A stretch of 64,000 nt of DNA from NCBI GenBank assembly GCA_013166775.1, contig JABLTJ010000012.1:18132-82131 (forward strand). The letters run 5' to 3'. The first letter of the stretch is position 1; every line of letters begins with the position of its first letter. Shown here in pieces: positions 48,758-58,942 of the stretch. Made by a program: the position numbers and the translations under genes. The DNA comes from Promethearchaeati archaeon (GTDB lineage: Archaea; Asgardarchaeota; Heimdallarchaeia; Heimdallarchaeales; Heimdallarchaeaceae). Under the pieces are notes generated by a model that searched no databases, was not told the origin of the DNA, and saw only the letters and a program-made list of their open reading frames with translations.

Positions 48758-50107
48758 TTAAAAATCTTCTTTGAAAGTTCTTCTTATTCTTCGTAATTTT
48801 GCATCAAAATCATGAGCAATTATTGTATAAATGAACTCAAGGTCTGGAATCTTGCTATCATGTTTTGAGAAGATATTTGAAATATTCTCTTGGATGGATT
48901 TTTCAATATCCTTAACGAATGTTTCTTTCTTCGAACTTTTTTCTAGTTCGGATTTCAATTGAAGTTTAATAGATAAATTTGTTGGAGAAGTTTGTATAGC
49001 GTTGTATTCTTCAATATAGTCTGAAGAACTTACTATAGACCTTCGTATGAAATCAGGTAAAATAAATTGAAAACCTTCTTCTGTTTTTTTTGCACCTATT
49101 ACAACATCATCAGCTCTACCATGAATTTCTTGTATAGCACGAAAACTCGAACCGCAAGGACATGCTTCTTGAGATATTGTTATTAGATCATTGAGCCGAT
49201 ATCTGATAATAGGCGTCCCATATTTGATGAAATCTGTAACAACAACATAACCAGGCTCCCCAGGTTTTACTGGTTCACCTTTGTTATTTAAAACTTCTAC
49301 AAATGTGGTGTCTTCATTGATATGCAAATTGCCCTGACTACATGGAAGAGCAATGAAACTTTCTGATGACTTGTATACCTCCAAGACGGAGCATTTAAAA
49401 CTAGATTCAATTACTTCCTTGATATTAGGAGTTAATATTTCACCATAAGAGACCAACATTATAGGATCAAATTTTAGTGTGCCCTTCTGTTTTTCTTTTG
49501 TTAATACGTGCAGTACAGAAGGAGGACCAGAAATAATATTGGGATTCAGTGAATTCAACTTGTTCACTATTGCTTCGAATGTATCCAAAGGATTCACATA
49601 AGAAATCCTGATTTTAGCACCATTATGACTGAAACCAGGAGAAAAGACTCTAAGGATAAATGCAAGATGTATTTTTCGAACCTTTGGGAAAGGGAATCTA
49701 TAGAATACCAAGAGTTGCATTAGAAGAGCTTCCATTTTTGTTGCAAATTCTATTCCTCTGTTTCCACTAGTACCTGTAGACATTCCTACTAGATATCCTT
49801 TGTAGTATTCACTGAAATCTCGACTACTCTCTTTTTCTAGACAATGCTCAATACATTCTTCTTTTGTCAATCCTTTTGTGTTTAATTCAGAAAAATTTTC
49901 CATGAATAACTGTTTATTCATAAACGGTAATTTGCTGAAATTGGTTATATCATATCCATTATAGAAAGATGAATAAAATTTTGATTTCTTTGTTGCAGAT
50001 TTTACTAATCTCTCTATTTGCTTTTCTTGATATTTCCAAATATGATCAGCATCCCATTTCTTGAAGCGATGGTTAACTCTCCAAAGAAATCTGAAGGGAT
50101 TGAACAT
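48758..50107 (-). CDS. Phenylacetate-CoA ligase / coenzyme F390 synthetase-like adenylate-forming enzyme
   Basis: STGTSGNRG P-loop, SYGEIL, EVYKSSE, LHINED, PIIRYRLND, CPCGS, GRADD. Confidence 0.88.
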   Translation of the reverse strand: MFNPFRFLWRVNHRFKKWDADHIWKYQEKQIERLVKSATKKSKFYSSFYNGYDITNFSKLPFMNKQLFMENFSELNTKGLTKEECIEHCLEKESSRDFSEYYKGYLVGMSTGTSGNRGIEFATKMEALLMQLLVFYRFPFPKVRKIHLAFILRVFSPGFSHNGAKIRISYVNPLDTFEAIVNKLNSLNPNIISGPPSVLHVLTKEKQKGTLKFDPIMLVSYGEILTPNIKEVIESSFKCSVLEVYKSSESFIALPCSQGNLHINEDTTFVEVLNNKGEPVKPGEPGYVVVTDFIKYGTPIIRYRLNDLITISQEACPCGSSFRAIQEIHGRADDVVIGAKKTEEGFQFILPDFIRRSIVSSSDYIEEYNAIQTSPTNLSIKLQLKSELEKSSKKETFVKDIEKSIQENISNIFSKHDSKIPDLEFIYTIIAHDFDAKLRRIRRTFKEDF

Positions 50108-50237
50108 ATAGAATAATTTATGTCATATAATAAATCAGTTCCGCTTATTCAGAAAAGATTTGTTTCTTCATATGACTCACGAGTACTATTTGGATTAAGA
50201 GATTAATGTTTATTAATACTTCAATTAGACATAAATC

Positions 50238-51283
50238 ATGACCTATGAGATATTTCATATCGTTTCAGATGAAATAGAGGAGAATTTGGTAGAATCCATT
50301 ATAGATTATCTGCAAACTATTGATAAAATGGATTATCCAAAAGATCCGTTAACTCCTCGAGAAGTGATAAGAAAGAATCTATTCAAAAAAAGGAAAGGTA
50401 AAGTAAAATATCAGAGTATTGTAATCGATAAAATAGAAACAAAGTTATAGTTTTTGTTCACATATCAATTCTGACAAAAGATCATCCTGAATTTGATAAT
50501 TCAAAACAAATAGCAAAAATTGATTTATCAGTTCTGAAGGGATTTACTCACATAGACATAATTGAAGATTTGTTTGTTTCAATTTTGCAAAGAACAAAAA
50601 ACTATGACTATGTCACAACAATTAAAGGATGCAATATCTGGGAAGATGAATGGAATTTATGGTTAAAACATGGCGTATATCACTTTGATACAATTGAAGT
50701 TAATAGATTATATTTCGATGAAGTAGATTGGGATTTAATGAATCAATGGAAAGAGGAAGGAAGGAGAAATGCAGAGATTGCAGGTATATCTTTGCTTCTT
50801 TTTGAAGAATGTCCAGAAGAAATTCTTGAGGATTTTGTAGACTTGTATACAGAAATTGGTAATCTAATTCCCTATGAGGATGAAGTAAAAGATGAAGAGG
50901 ATTTTCTAGAAACGTCAACTTCCAGAAGGGGAAGAGAGGAAATAAGAAAGAAGCACGGAGAGATATGGTTAACTGCTGTTTCAAAAGAGAAAGATGGTAA
51001 GATAAGTAGTCTTACTGAAATTGTTAATACTCCAGATAAAACTCATATTGCTAATCAATTATTGACAGGAGTTCAACCACGATACAGAGGAAGAGGATTA
51101 GGGAAATGGTTGAAAGCTGAAATGTTATTTTTAGTAAGAGAAAAGATACCAGAGGTTATAGTAATTCATACAGGTAATTCGAAAGTCAACAATCCAATGT
51201 TATCAATAAATGAGAGGATGGGATTTAGGACAGTTTTAACTGTAAAATGCTTTTCCATAAATATTAAGGAAAATCCTTTGTAA
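50238..51283 (+). pseudogene. Frameshifted tandem-GNAT acetyltransferase (paralog of 46296-47351)
   Basis: ORF 50238-50450 (PKDPLTPRE) and the frame of 50570-51283 both align with the intact paralog; adding one A to the A4 at 50430-50433 restores ...DKNRNKVIVFVHISILTKDHPEF... Confidence 0.8.
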
Positions 51284-51596
51284 TTACCTAAACATCTACT
51301 TCAAAGTAATCCTTAATTTGATGAAGATCAATATTACATGTTTCTTTAACCAGTTCTACAAGAAAAAGTGGATATTCAATTATAGTTTTGAAAAAATTCA
51401 CAGTTTGTTCATTTTCATTTGTTATTGTTAGATTGTTAATTATGCTATAAAATCTTAGAAAGTTATAGGTGTTGGTTAATATCATGAAATAGGGTAGATT
51501 TTCTACTTTACTCCCCGAAATTTGATTAATAATTTACAAGTATTAATAAAGGTTAAAAGAATATTTCTTAAGATTCTAAAAACTCACTTTTTCTTA

Positions 51597-52241
51597 CTAA
51601 ATTATAAAGGAATTTAATGTTATAATAACAGTATTTGTTATCCAAACAATAATAACATCAAACCTCAATAAAATTTGAGCTGTTTGGTTCTGTATAATAT
51701 CTAAATCGACTACTTGACTATCATTGTCAAGAAAATTAAAAGGTATTACAACGAAATTGTTTTCTGGCAGAATCAAGTTTATAGTTCCTTCAGTAGTTTT
51801 CACTTGAATCTGTTCATCAAGGTATAGGAAAACTGCTGAATAAAAACCCTCTGCAATATCAGCAGATTGGAGAAATTTGCTAGTATTAACTCCTTCATAT
51901 AAATCAAACTGATGAGAAATTCCAAAAATGGTGAAATTGTCCGTACTTCTTCCAACTAAACCAATTTCTGTAATAGTTAGCCATACTTCTAATATAGTAT
52001 AAGACTGGTTGATTATAGGTAGTAGTGAGAGTTTCAAATTTCCTGTTTCAGAATTAATTTGTTGAGAAAAATTACTGGAAAAAAAGATATTTAATGTGCC
52101 TTCTTTTTCATTAAAATTATCAATTTCTTGTATGATAATGTCAATATTCCTGATTGTTATAGTTGTTGCTAATGTAAAGTTAACCAGTATTAAACAAATC
52201 AGGACACCACTAAGTATATTTCTTCTATCCATTTTTCTCAC
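51597..52241 (-). CDS. Exported DUF4382-like domain protein
   Basis: N-terminal hydrophobic anchor; EVWLTITEI..FDL....GFYS.V.L...ILLRFDV pattern. Confidence 0.55.
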   Translation of the reverse strand: MRKMDRRNILSGVLICLILVNFTLATTITIRNIDIIIQEIDNFNEKEGTLNIFFSSNFSQQINSETGNLKLSLLPIINQSYTILEVWLTITEIGLVGRSTDNFTIFGISHQFDLYEGVNTSKFLQSADIAEGFYSAVFLYLDEQIQVKTTEGTINLILPENNFVVIPFNFLDNDSQVVDLDIIQNQTAQILLRFDVIIVWITNTVIITLNSFII

Positions 52242-52308
52242 ATATATGTTCTCTTGCTTTCTTTTATCTTATTTGCCTTAATTTTTTAAGGTTAGTTGAT
52301 TTGATTTT

Positions 52309-53151
52309 TTAAGAACCCAATGTTATATGGGTGTAAATTGTAAGATAGATATAATCAATAAGTATTAATGAAGATGTAATTAATAATGCATGAATTTTTT
52401 TACACTTTGAGATGATAGAAATTCCTCCAGAGATTAGAAGAATCGACCAAATTTTGCAGGCTATCAATAAAATTGTTAAAATGATTTCTGCCCAGATTGG
52501 AGTGATTGTTAAAACTAGAAAGAATATACCTGCTGGGATAAGATAAATTAAGTAGGGTAATATACCCACCAGAACTGCAACACTCAAATCAACACTATTA
52601 AATTGCTTTTTCATCAATTTAAGAATCACTACAATCAGAATATAATATAAATACCAGTGAATTAAGGAGATAACAGCATTGATTATAGTTCCACCATGAA
52701 ATAATGTTGCAATAGAACTGAAAGTACTATTGGTAATACTAAAAAGCCAAGCTACAAGTATTAAAACTACATTTAGCTCAATGAAACTTCTGGTTTTTGT
52801 ACTTATGAAATAATAAACTATGTTAGGGGAAGTAAGCCGACCAGTAATCCTTTGGGAACTATCTTTTTGGTCAATTTGTTTTTCTTTAAAAATATATTCT
52901 TGTTCATGAAATAATGCATTACAGATCCTTTTCCCATTATCATTCAAACGATAGAAATTCTGACCATCCCTTTCTAAATAATTTCTCATCATTTTTAGAT
53001 GATAATATAAACCTCCATCAGAAAGCGATAAGTCCTCCTTCAGTTCTGAATATGATATAGACCCTGAAGTTGAAATGTAAACTAATATCTCTCGTCTAAC
53101 TTCACTTGCAAAAATTTTCATCTCAGCAAGCTTTTGTTTATCGTTTTCCAT
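52309..53151 (-). CDS. ArsR-like winged-helix regulator fused to a multi-TM domain
   Basis: RREILVYI..SYSELKEDL.LSDGGLYYHLKMM...YRLNDNG followed by ~5 TM helices. Confidence 0.8.
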   Translation of the reverse strand: MENDKQKLAEMKIFASEVRREILVYISTSGSISYSELKEDLSLSDGGLYYHLKMMRNYLERDGQNFYRLNDNGKRICNALFHEQEYIFKEKQIDQKDSSQRITGRLTSPNIVYYFISTKTRSFIELNVVLILVAWLFSITNSTFSSIATLFHGGTIINAVISLIHWYLYYILIVVILKLMKKQFNSVDLSVAVLVGILPYLIYLIPAGIFFLVLTITPIWAEIILTILLIACKIWSILLISGGISIISKCKKIHALLITSSLILIDYIYLTIYTHITLGS

Positions 53152-53289
53152 TAGTATATTATATAGAATTAGTTATTTTATTAAAATATTTCCTTCAAAA
53201 TCTCAACCTTAATTTTTTTAGGATGAAACCTTGGAAAAGCAAAGAACAAGATATTAGAAAAGTGATGAGAAAAACAATATGGTGATTTA

Positions 53290-54300
53290 ATGAAATTACA
53301 CAAATATTACCTCGGTTTAAGTCTGATGGTTTTGATTTTGTTTTCAGCAAGTCAAACCTTAGCAGATGAAGGAATAGGCTATCAAGAACAAAATAATGTA
53401 GTAACCTTAACAGTCGATGATCTGACAATAATGGTTAATGCAGGTGGTCAAGTACCAAAATTCCACTATCAACTAGAAAGCGGATTATCATTTAACATAA
53501 TGTTTAAGCTTTTAGCAGAATTCTATGATTTCAATGATGATGGTGTTTTTCAATACAATGAAACTAATGTATGGGGATCTGAACCTCCTGCGATAGGAGA
53601 AATAAGATATAATACTATCCTTGCTTTACCTAGCATTATCTGGGAGTTCAGTGGATTTGAAGCTGAAGAAGTAGAAGAAACTACTGTTGCAGTTCACTTC
53701 AACTTTACATCTATAAACATTTTAGATCCTTTTTACGCAGGTCTAGAATTAGCTATTGTAGCACATCTCTATTTTGAAGACCAAACTATTAACGGTTATC
53801 AATTAGAAGGTGGAAGAGAACTCAAATTTGATTTAATTGTTAAAAATTGGCCATGGCAAAAAGATGATTCTAAGCTTGCTATAAGATTCGACATTTCTAC
53901 AGACAATGATGAAGACGAAATTGAACAAGAACCTGGAAAACCCATTGATACTGGAAGTAACACCACTGGTATGGAACAAAAAGCTAAACACACAGAAGAC
54001 GTTAAGCAAGCTGTCTCCATTAATCATGACGATGTAGAAGGATATTTTGCATATGCTACTCAATCACAAAATCGAATTAACAATGAATATCAGACCATGG
54101 GTGTGGAAGCATCTTATTGCACTGATGAAGATAATATCCAATATTATCTGTGCTTTGAACATTTTGATGATGAGTTAATTTACGATCCTTCAATAGGATC
54201 TATAGATAGTGAAACTGCTGGAACAACAAGCTTGTTTTTCATAAGTTTTGGATCTCTAATTGTTTTAGCAATCTATTTCTATAGAAAGAAAAGGAACTAA
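53290..54300 (+). CDS. Secreted, C-terminally membrane-anchored acidic beta-rich protein
   Basis: Signal peptide; EFYDFNDDGVFQYNE (EF-hand-like); LKFDLIVKNWPW; LIYDPSIG; C-terminal TM plus RKKRN. Confidence 0.75.
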   Translation: MKLHKYYLGLSLMVLILFSASQTLADEGIGYQEQNNVVTLTVDDLTIMVNAGGQVPKFHYQLESGLSFNIMFKLLAEFYDFNDDGVFQYNETNVWGSEPPAIGEIRYNTILALPSIIWEFSGFEAEEVEETTVAVHFNFTSINILDPFYAGLELAIVAHLYFEDQTINGYQLEGGRELKFDLIVKNWPWQKDDSKLAIRFDISTDNDEDEIEQEPGKPIDTGSNTTGMEQKAKHTEDVKQAVSINHDDVEGYFAYATQSQNRINNEYQTMGVEASYCTDEDNIQYYLCFEHFDDELIYDPSIGSIDSETAGTTSLFFISFGSLIVLAIYFYRKKRN

Positions 54301-54304
54301 ATCC

Positions 54305-54324
54305 TTTTCTTTTTTTTTTTTTTT
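54305..54324 (+). terminator. Long oligo-T tract (T15 at 54310-54324), likely terminator
   Basis: Immediately after the 54300 stop codon. Confidence 0.5.
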
Positions 54325-54412
54325 AGAATCGTGGCTGAAATCCAATATATTATTTATTTAAGCCTTAATTTTTTAAGGAAAATTCCTTATTAATTGTCAC
54401 TCATTACGTTAT

Positions 54413-54961
54413 ATGATTAAAATGAAAAAAATCTTGCTTGTTATAGGAATTTTAGCAATAGTAGGTATACTATTATTTCTACCTATTATGATCTTTGGTG
54501 GATTTACAGTTCAAACAGTTGAGGGAACGTTGACTTTTGATAGTACATCAACTCTAGCATTGAGCAAATCCCTGAAAAGTCAACCTATAAAACACTCGTT
54601 AACCGCATGGAATATTGAATTACAGAATAGCTCACAAAATGCATGGGCATATGCTTTTAGTGGTATAGGTGGAAGAAATGATGTAGAAAACGATCAGCCA
54701 AATGTTGATATTTCATTAGAATTTTCCATAAGTTTTGTTATAAAGAAAGATGGTGAAATAGTCAAAGAAATCAATATAGGTCTGGTTCATGGTGAAGGGC
54801 AGCACGAAGTATCTGTTGTACTGGGACCAAGTGAGGGATTAACAAGCTCAGGTACTTATGAGTTGTACATCAACATTTCATTAAAACTAACAACACCTGG
54901 CACTGATTTATCTCTAGATATAGAACTTGGGCCAGTTAGCATCTTTGTGGAAATCAACTAA
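54413..54961 (+). CDS. Hypothetical exported/anchored beta-rich protein
   Basis: N-terminal KK + hydrophobic helix; Ig-like alternating pattern. Confidence 0.65.
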   Translation: MIKMKKILLVIGILAIVGILLFLPIMIFGGFTVQTVEGTLTFDSTSTLALSKSLKSQPIKHSLTAWNIELQNSSQNAWAYAFSGIGGRNDVENDQPNVDISLEFSISFVIKKDGEIVKEINIGLVHGEGQHEVSVVLGPSEGLTSSGTYELYINISLKLTTPGTDLSLDIELGPVSIFVEIN

Positions 54962-55611
54962 GTTTATTATTTAGGGTACTCACACTTTTTTCTATTTCTT
55001 CAATATTGCTCTATTTGATGCCATATGAAAAGAAGGGACCGCTTTGTAAAAGCCATATACATGCTTTATTCTGATTTATTTAAGAGTTTTTTTAGAATTT
55101 AAATGGAAATTAGTTGTAATCATTGTTGCAATGATTGTAATAGTAATAATTTCATGTAACTTTTGTACTACTCTAAAAAATTAAAAGTTAGCCCTTATTT
55201 TTCTAGAGAAGATACTTCATTATTTCAAATATTAACTAATAAGAATGTTAGCGTCTTAGTTATCTTGGTAAAAATGCTCGCGATTTCCCCCACAAAAATA
55301 TATAAAAAATGGCAAATTATAAGGAAAATTGAAATAACTGCAGAATTGGAAAAAGAGATTAATAAAATATTAGTCAAACTAATTATTATAAACATAGATC
55401 TATAGTTGACGGTATATAATATTTAAATTCTGCATTATCACAATTGAGTAAACAATATCTCCTTAAAATCCTTAAAATCGTGAGTTTAATCTTTTTTCTA
55501 CTCCCAAAAACATCTATAATTATTATTCACACAATTTTAATAATAGTTCGACTGAAAAAAATTTACCCTTTACAAAGTATTGGGATACTGCTATTTATTA
55601 ACGGAGAGATA

Positions 55612-56691
55612 TCAGTTAGCTTCTTGTACTTTTAGATATTCTTTGAAACCTATATCAAATTTATATGTAGCTTTAATTGCAGATGTTGGGCATACATTTA
55701 CACATTCAAGGCACTGAATACATTCTGTGGAAGTAACTCTAGAGCCTTTTGCGGAATAGTCCAAGATCTTTATATCCATAGGACAAGCTCTTTCACAAGC
55801 ACGACACTGGATGCATATTTCTGAATCAACGGAGATTTTCATGATTGATGCTCTTGTGCCTAATTTCATTATTGGTGCGATGGGACAAATATACTTACAG
55901 AAGGCTCGGTTATCTTTGAGTAAAGCTGCTAGAACTATAGCTAATGTGAAGTAAATTAGGTTCCCAATTAAAAACCACCAAAATTCATGGATTTGAAACA
56001 AAGAGGACTTTAGATGCTCTCCACTATAAGTTCCAGTAAAATCAACTATGCCCCTGGTTGTTGAAAGTGTGTAGTTAAAGACAAATACTAGTACAAAAAC
56101 AAGAATTGTACTCAGAGCAAAGTGAGTGTAACGTAGAATACCCCAGTTCTTCTTACGACCTGGACTTCTCTTCCAAGGAAGCAAATCTAAAACAGCTGCA
56201 GTCCAGCAGGTCCAGCCACACCAACCTCTACCAAACAACGTTGGTCCAAATATTTTTGCAATTGAATAATGTATTACGCCTGCAGCAAATGTTCTTGAAA
56301 GTAACCAGAACCAAAAGCCCTCTAGTTGCATATTCTCTGGTTCGAGGAATCCCCAAACAAGGTAAATTACCCCAAAACCTAACCCTATAAACATGTAACC
56401 GCCGACAAGAACCTGACTTATTTTTCGAGCAATGTGTTTCTTGCTTTTTTGTAAAACAGGTCATAATCCTAAACCTAATGCTATTGATGTACCAATTATC
56501 ATGAAATTAATTAAATAGAAGATATTGTCTAAAGTAAGCCATAATGTGATAGAGACGGTATAGAATATAATTAGAATAAATATCATCATGCTGTATTTCT
56601 TAAAAAACACAAGAAAGGAGAATCGCTCTATCTCATTTTGACCATCATTAGTTTCATTATTCTTGCTTATCATGTTAGTCTTTCTGGTCAC
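55612..56691 (-). pseudogene. Membrane 4Fe-4S-binding (NapH/YccM-like polyferredoxin) gene interrupted by an in-frame TGA
   Basis: ORFs 56461-56691 and 55612-56394 share one frame (...LGLGL*PVLQKSKKHIARKISQVLVGGYMFIG...); GRGWCGWTCW, FCKYICP, CIQCRACERACP, CIQCLECVNVCP. Confidence 0.8.
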
Positions 56692-56902
56692 ATCATCAAA
56701 CCCTTTAATATCATATGACTCTGTTTCCGATTGAAATAGTTTTTTGTGAAATAAAAGTCATATTTCAGAGAATATTCAAACATTCATCAAAGTAATAACA
56801 AAAGATGATATCGTTGAATCATTTCATCGATTTGCGTAAAATTATATTTGAAAAATATCTAAGCAAAAAATGTTTAAAGACACAAGGAAATAATAACTTA
56901 AC

Positions 56903-57685
56903 ATGGAGTATATGCTTGCACCTATGGAAAAAATAGCAGATTCTAGTTTCAGATATATTTGCCATAAATATGGTGCAGATCTTACTTTCACAGAACAGAT
57001 TAGATTTGAAACACTGGTTAAGAAAACTAAATCTGCTTTAGATAGAATTAAGCTTTATGATAATACTCCAACGATGATCCAAATTATGGGAAAGGATGAA
57101 GGAAAATTAGATGCGTTTCTGAGAGATTTTTCTCCTGATAAAGGTTTTCAAGGATTCAATCTTAATCTTGGATGTCCTTCTCAAACTTATGTTAGACAAG
57201 GTATTGGAAGTGCGATGATTAAAAGACCAACAAAAGTCAAGCGAATGGTAGACACTATCAAGAATTATGGTTACAATGTCAATATTAAGTTGCGTCTTGG
57301 ACTAACTAAAACTGAGAAAAGAGAAAAAGTATATCGTAAATTAATTGAAAAAGTTGAAGCGGATTTCTTTGTGGTACATGCCAGGTATAGATCTGAGTCG
57401 TATGAAAGGAAAGCTGATTGGAGTGTTTTTCCAGAATGTGTTAACACAGGAAAAGCTATTGTTGCTAATGGAGATATTCAAACTAAAGGGGATGTTGAGA
57501 AAATGAAAGAAATAGGTTGCATAGGAGTAATGATAGGAAGAGCTGCAGAGAATAATCCTCTGATATTTGGACAATTAAGAAACCTGAAACTACCAACTTT
57601 AAAATCAGTAAAGCAAGAATATATTGAACTTTGTAAAAACAGAGAAGGTAGTTATCGTGAAAATGTGTCAAAATGGATAATATAA
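56903..57685 (+). CDS. tRNA-dihydrouridine synthase (Dus family)
   Basis: LAPME, NLNLGCP, KLRLG, VVHAR, VANGDI, GVMIGRAA. Confidence 0.92.
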   Translation: MEYMLAPMEKIADSSFRYICHKYGADLTFTEQIRFETLVKKTKSALDRIKLYDNTPTMIQIMGKDEGKLDAFLRDFSPDKGFQGFNLNLGCPSQTYVRQGIGSAMIKRPTKVKRMVDTIKNYGYNVNIKLRLGLTKTEKREKVYRKLIEKVEADFFVVHARYRSESYERKADWSVFPECVNTGKAIVANGDIQTKGDVEKMKEIGCIGVMIGRAAENNPLIFGQLRNLKLPTLKSVKQEYIELCKNREGSYRENVSKWII

Positions 57686-57775
57686 CCAATTACATAAACA
57701 AATACACAAATAATTTTTAATAATGTCAGTTTGTTATTAAATCAGATATTAAATTTCTTTGAAACGTGAAAAAAC

Positions 57776-58888
57776 ATGACAAATTTATTAGATGATATTG
57801 ACGAAATTTTGCTAATGGGTCCAGGACCTTCTTGTGTCCATCCCGAAGTGTATAAAGCCCTCAATCGTTTTACTTTAGGGCACTTAGATCCCCATTTCAT
57901 CAAAATAATGGATGAGATTCAAGTATTACTTCAAAAGTTAATGAATACTGACAACAGAATGACAATTCCAGTATCGGGAACAGGATCCGCAGGGATGGAA
58001 ACTTGTTTTGTTAATTTGATTGAGCAAGAAGATAAAGTCTTAATATTGATAAATGGAGTTTTTGGAAAACGAATGCAAGAAGTAGCTACGCGTTTAGGTG
58101 CAGATGTGGACGTCATGGAATTTGAATGGGGGACACCAATTGATCCTGAACAAGTAAAAGAAAAATTATCTGGTAATTCTTATAATCTCATTGCAATGGT
58201 CCATGCAGAAACTTCAACTGGAGTAAAAAATCCAGTCGAGGAGATTTCACACCTAATTAAAGATACTGAGAGTTTGTTCTTGGTGGATGCAGTTACAAGT
58301 CTAGGGGGAATTGAGGTCAAAGTTGATGATTGGAGGATTGATGCCATATATAGTGGAACTCAAAAATGTTTGTCAGTGCCCCCTGGTTTAGCCCCTGTTA
58401 GTTTTTCAGAAAAGGCTTTATCAAAGATAAAAAATAGGAAGACCAAAGTTCCAAATTGGTATTTGGACATGAGTTTGGTTGGAGAATATTGGCAGAAAGA
58501 TCACAAAAGAGCATATCATCATACAGCCCCCATAAATATGCTGTACGCACTATATCAATCACTCTTACTTTTCTTTGAAGAAGGAGCGGAACAAGTATTT
58601 CAACGGCATGCAGAATGTCACAATAAATTAAAAGTAGGATTAGAAGAATTGGGTTTGAAAATGTATGTTGAAGGTAAGTTTCGTCTGCCTATGCTTAATG
58701 CAGTATCCATTCCCGATGGTATTGACGAAGCGGAAGTTAGAAAAAAACTGCGGTTTGAACATAAAATTGAAATTGGTGGAGGTTTAGGACCACTAGCAGG
58801 CAAGATATGGCGAATAGGATTAATGGGACATACTGCCCAACCAGAAAATGTTGAAAGATTCCTTACTGCGCTGAAGAGTGTTTTGTAA
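57776..58888 (+). CDS. Alanine-glyoxylate/serine-pyruvate aminotransferase (class V PLP)
   Basis: LMGPGPS, GTGSAGME, VHAETSTG, VDAVTSLGG, SGTQKCLSVPPG, YHHT, WRIGLMG. Confidence 0.95.
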   Translation: MTNLLDDIDEILLMGPGPSCVHPEVYKALNRFTLGHLDPHFIKIMDEIQVLLQKLMNTDNRMTIPVSGTGSAGMETCFVNLIEQEDKVLILINGVFGKRMQEVATRLGADVDVMEFEWGTPIDPEQVKEKLSGNSYNLIAMVHAETSTGVKNPVEEISHLIKDTESLFLVDAVTSLGGIEVKVDDWRIDAIYSGTQKCLSVPPGLAPVSFSEKALSKIKNRKTKVPNWYLDMSLVGEYWQKDHKRAYHHTAPINMLYALYQSLLLFFEEGAEQVFQRHAECHNKLKVGLEELGLKMYVEGKFRLPMLNAVSIPDGIDEAEVRKKLRFEHKIEIGGGLGPLAGKIWRIGLMGHTAQPENVERFLTALKSVL

Positions 58889-58942
58889 GTCTTCTTATCA
58901 TTTTCTAAAAAAAATTATAAGTGTCTTAAAATCTCATTCACC

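Noticed and set aside
51288-51485. 65-aa minus-strand ORF
   Set aside because: No recognisable motif; may be a gene remnant or a chance ORF
54962-55611. ORFs 55163-55405 and 55444-55635, and a possible decayed membrane-protein gene
   Set aside because: Very AT-rich, TTG starts, no motifs, multiple stops in the alternative frames; cannot be supported as genes
56461-56463. Selenocysteine or genome-wide TGA=Trp recoding
   Set aside because: The position is not in a Cys motif, no SECIS was recognised, and TGA terminates intact genes elsewhere in the window
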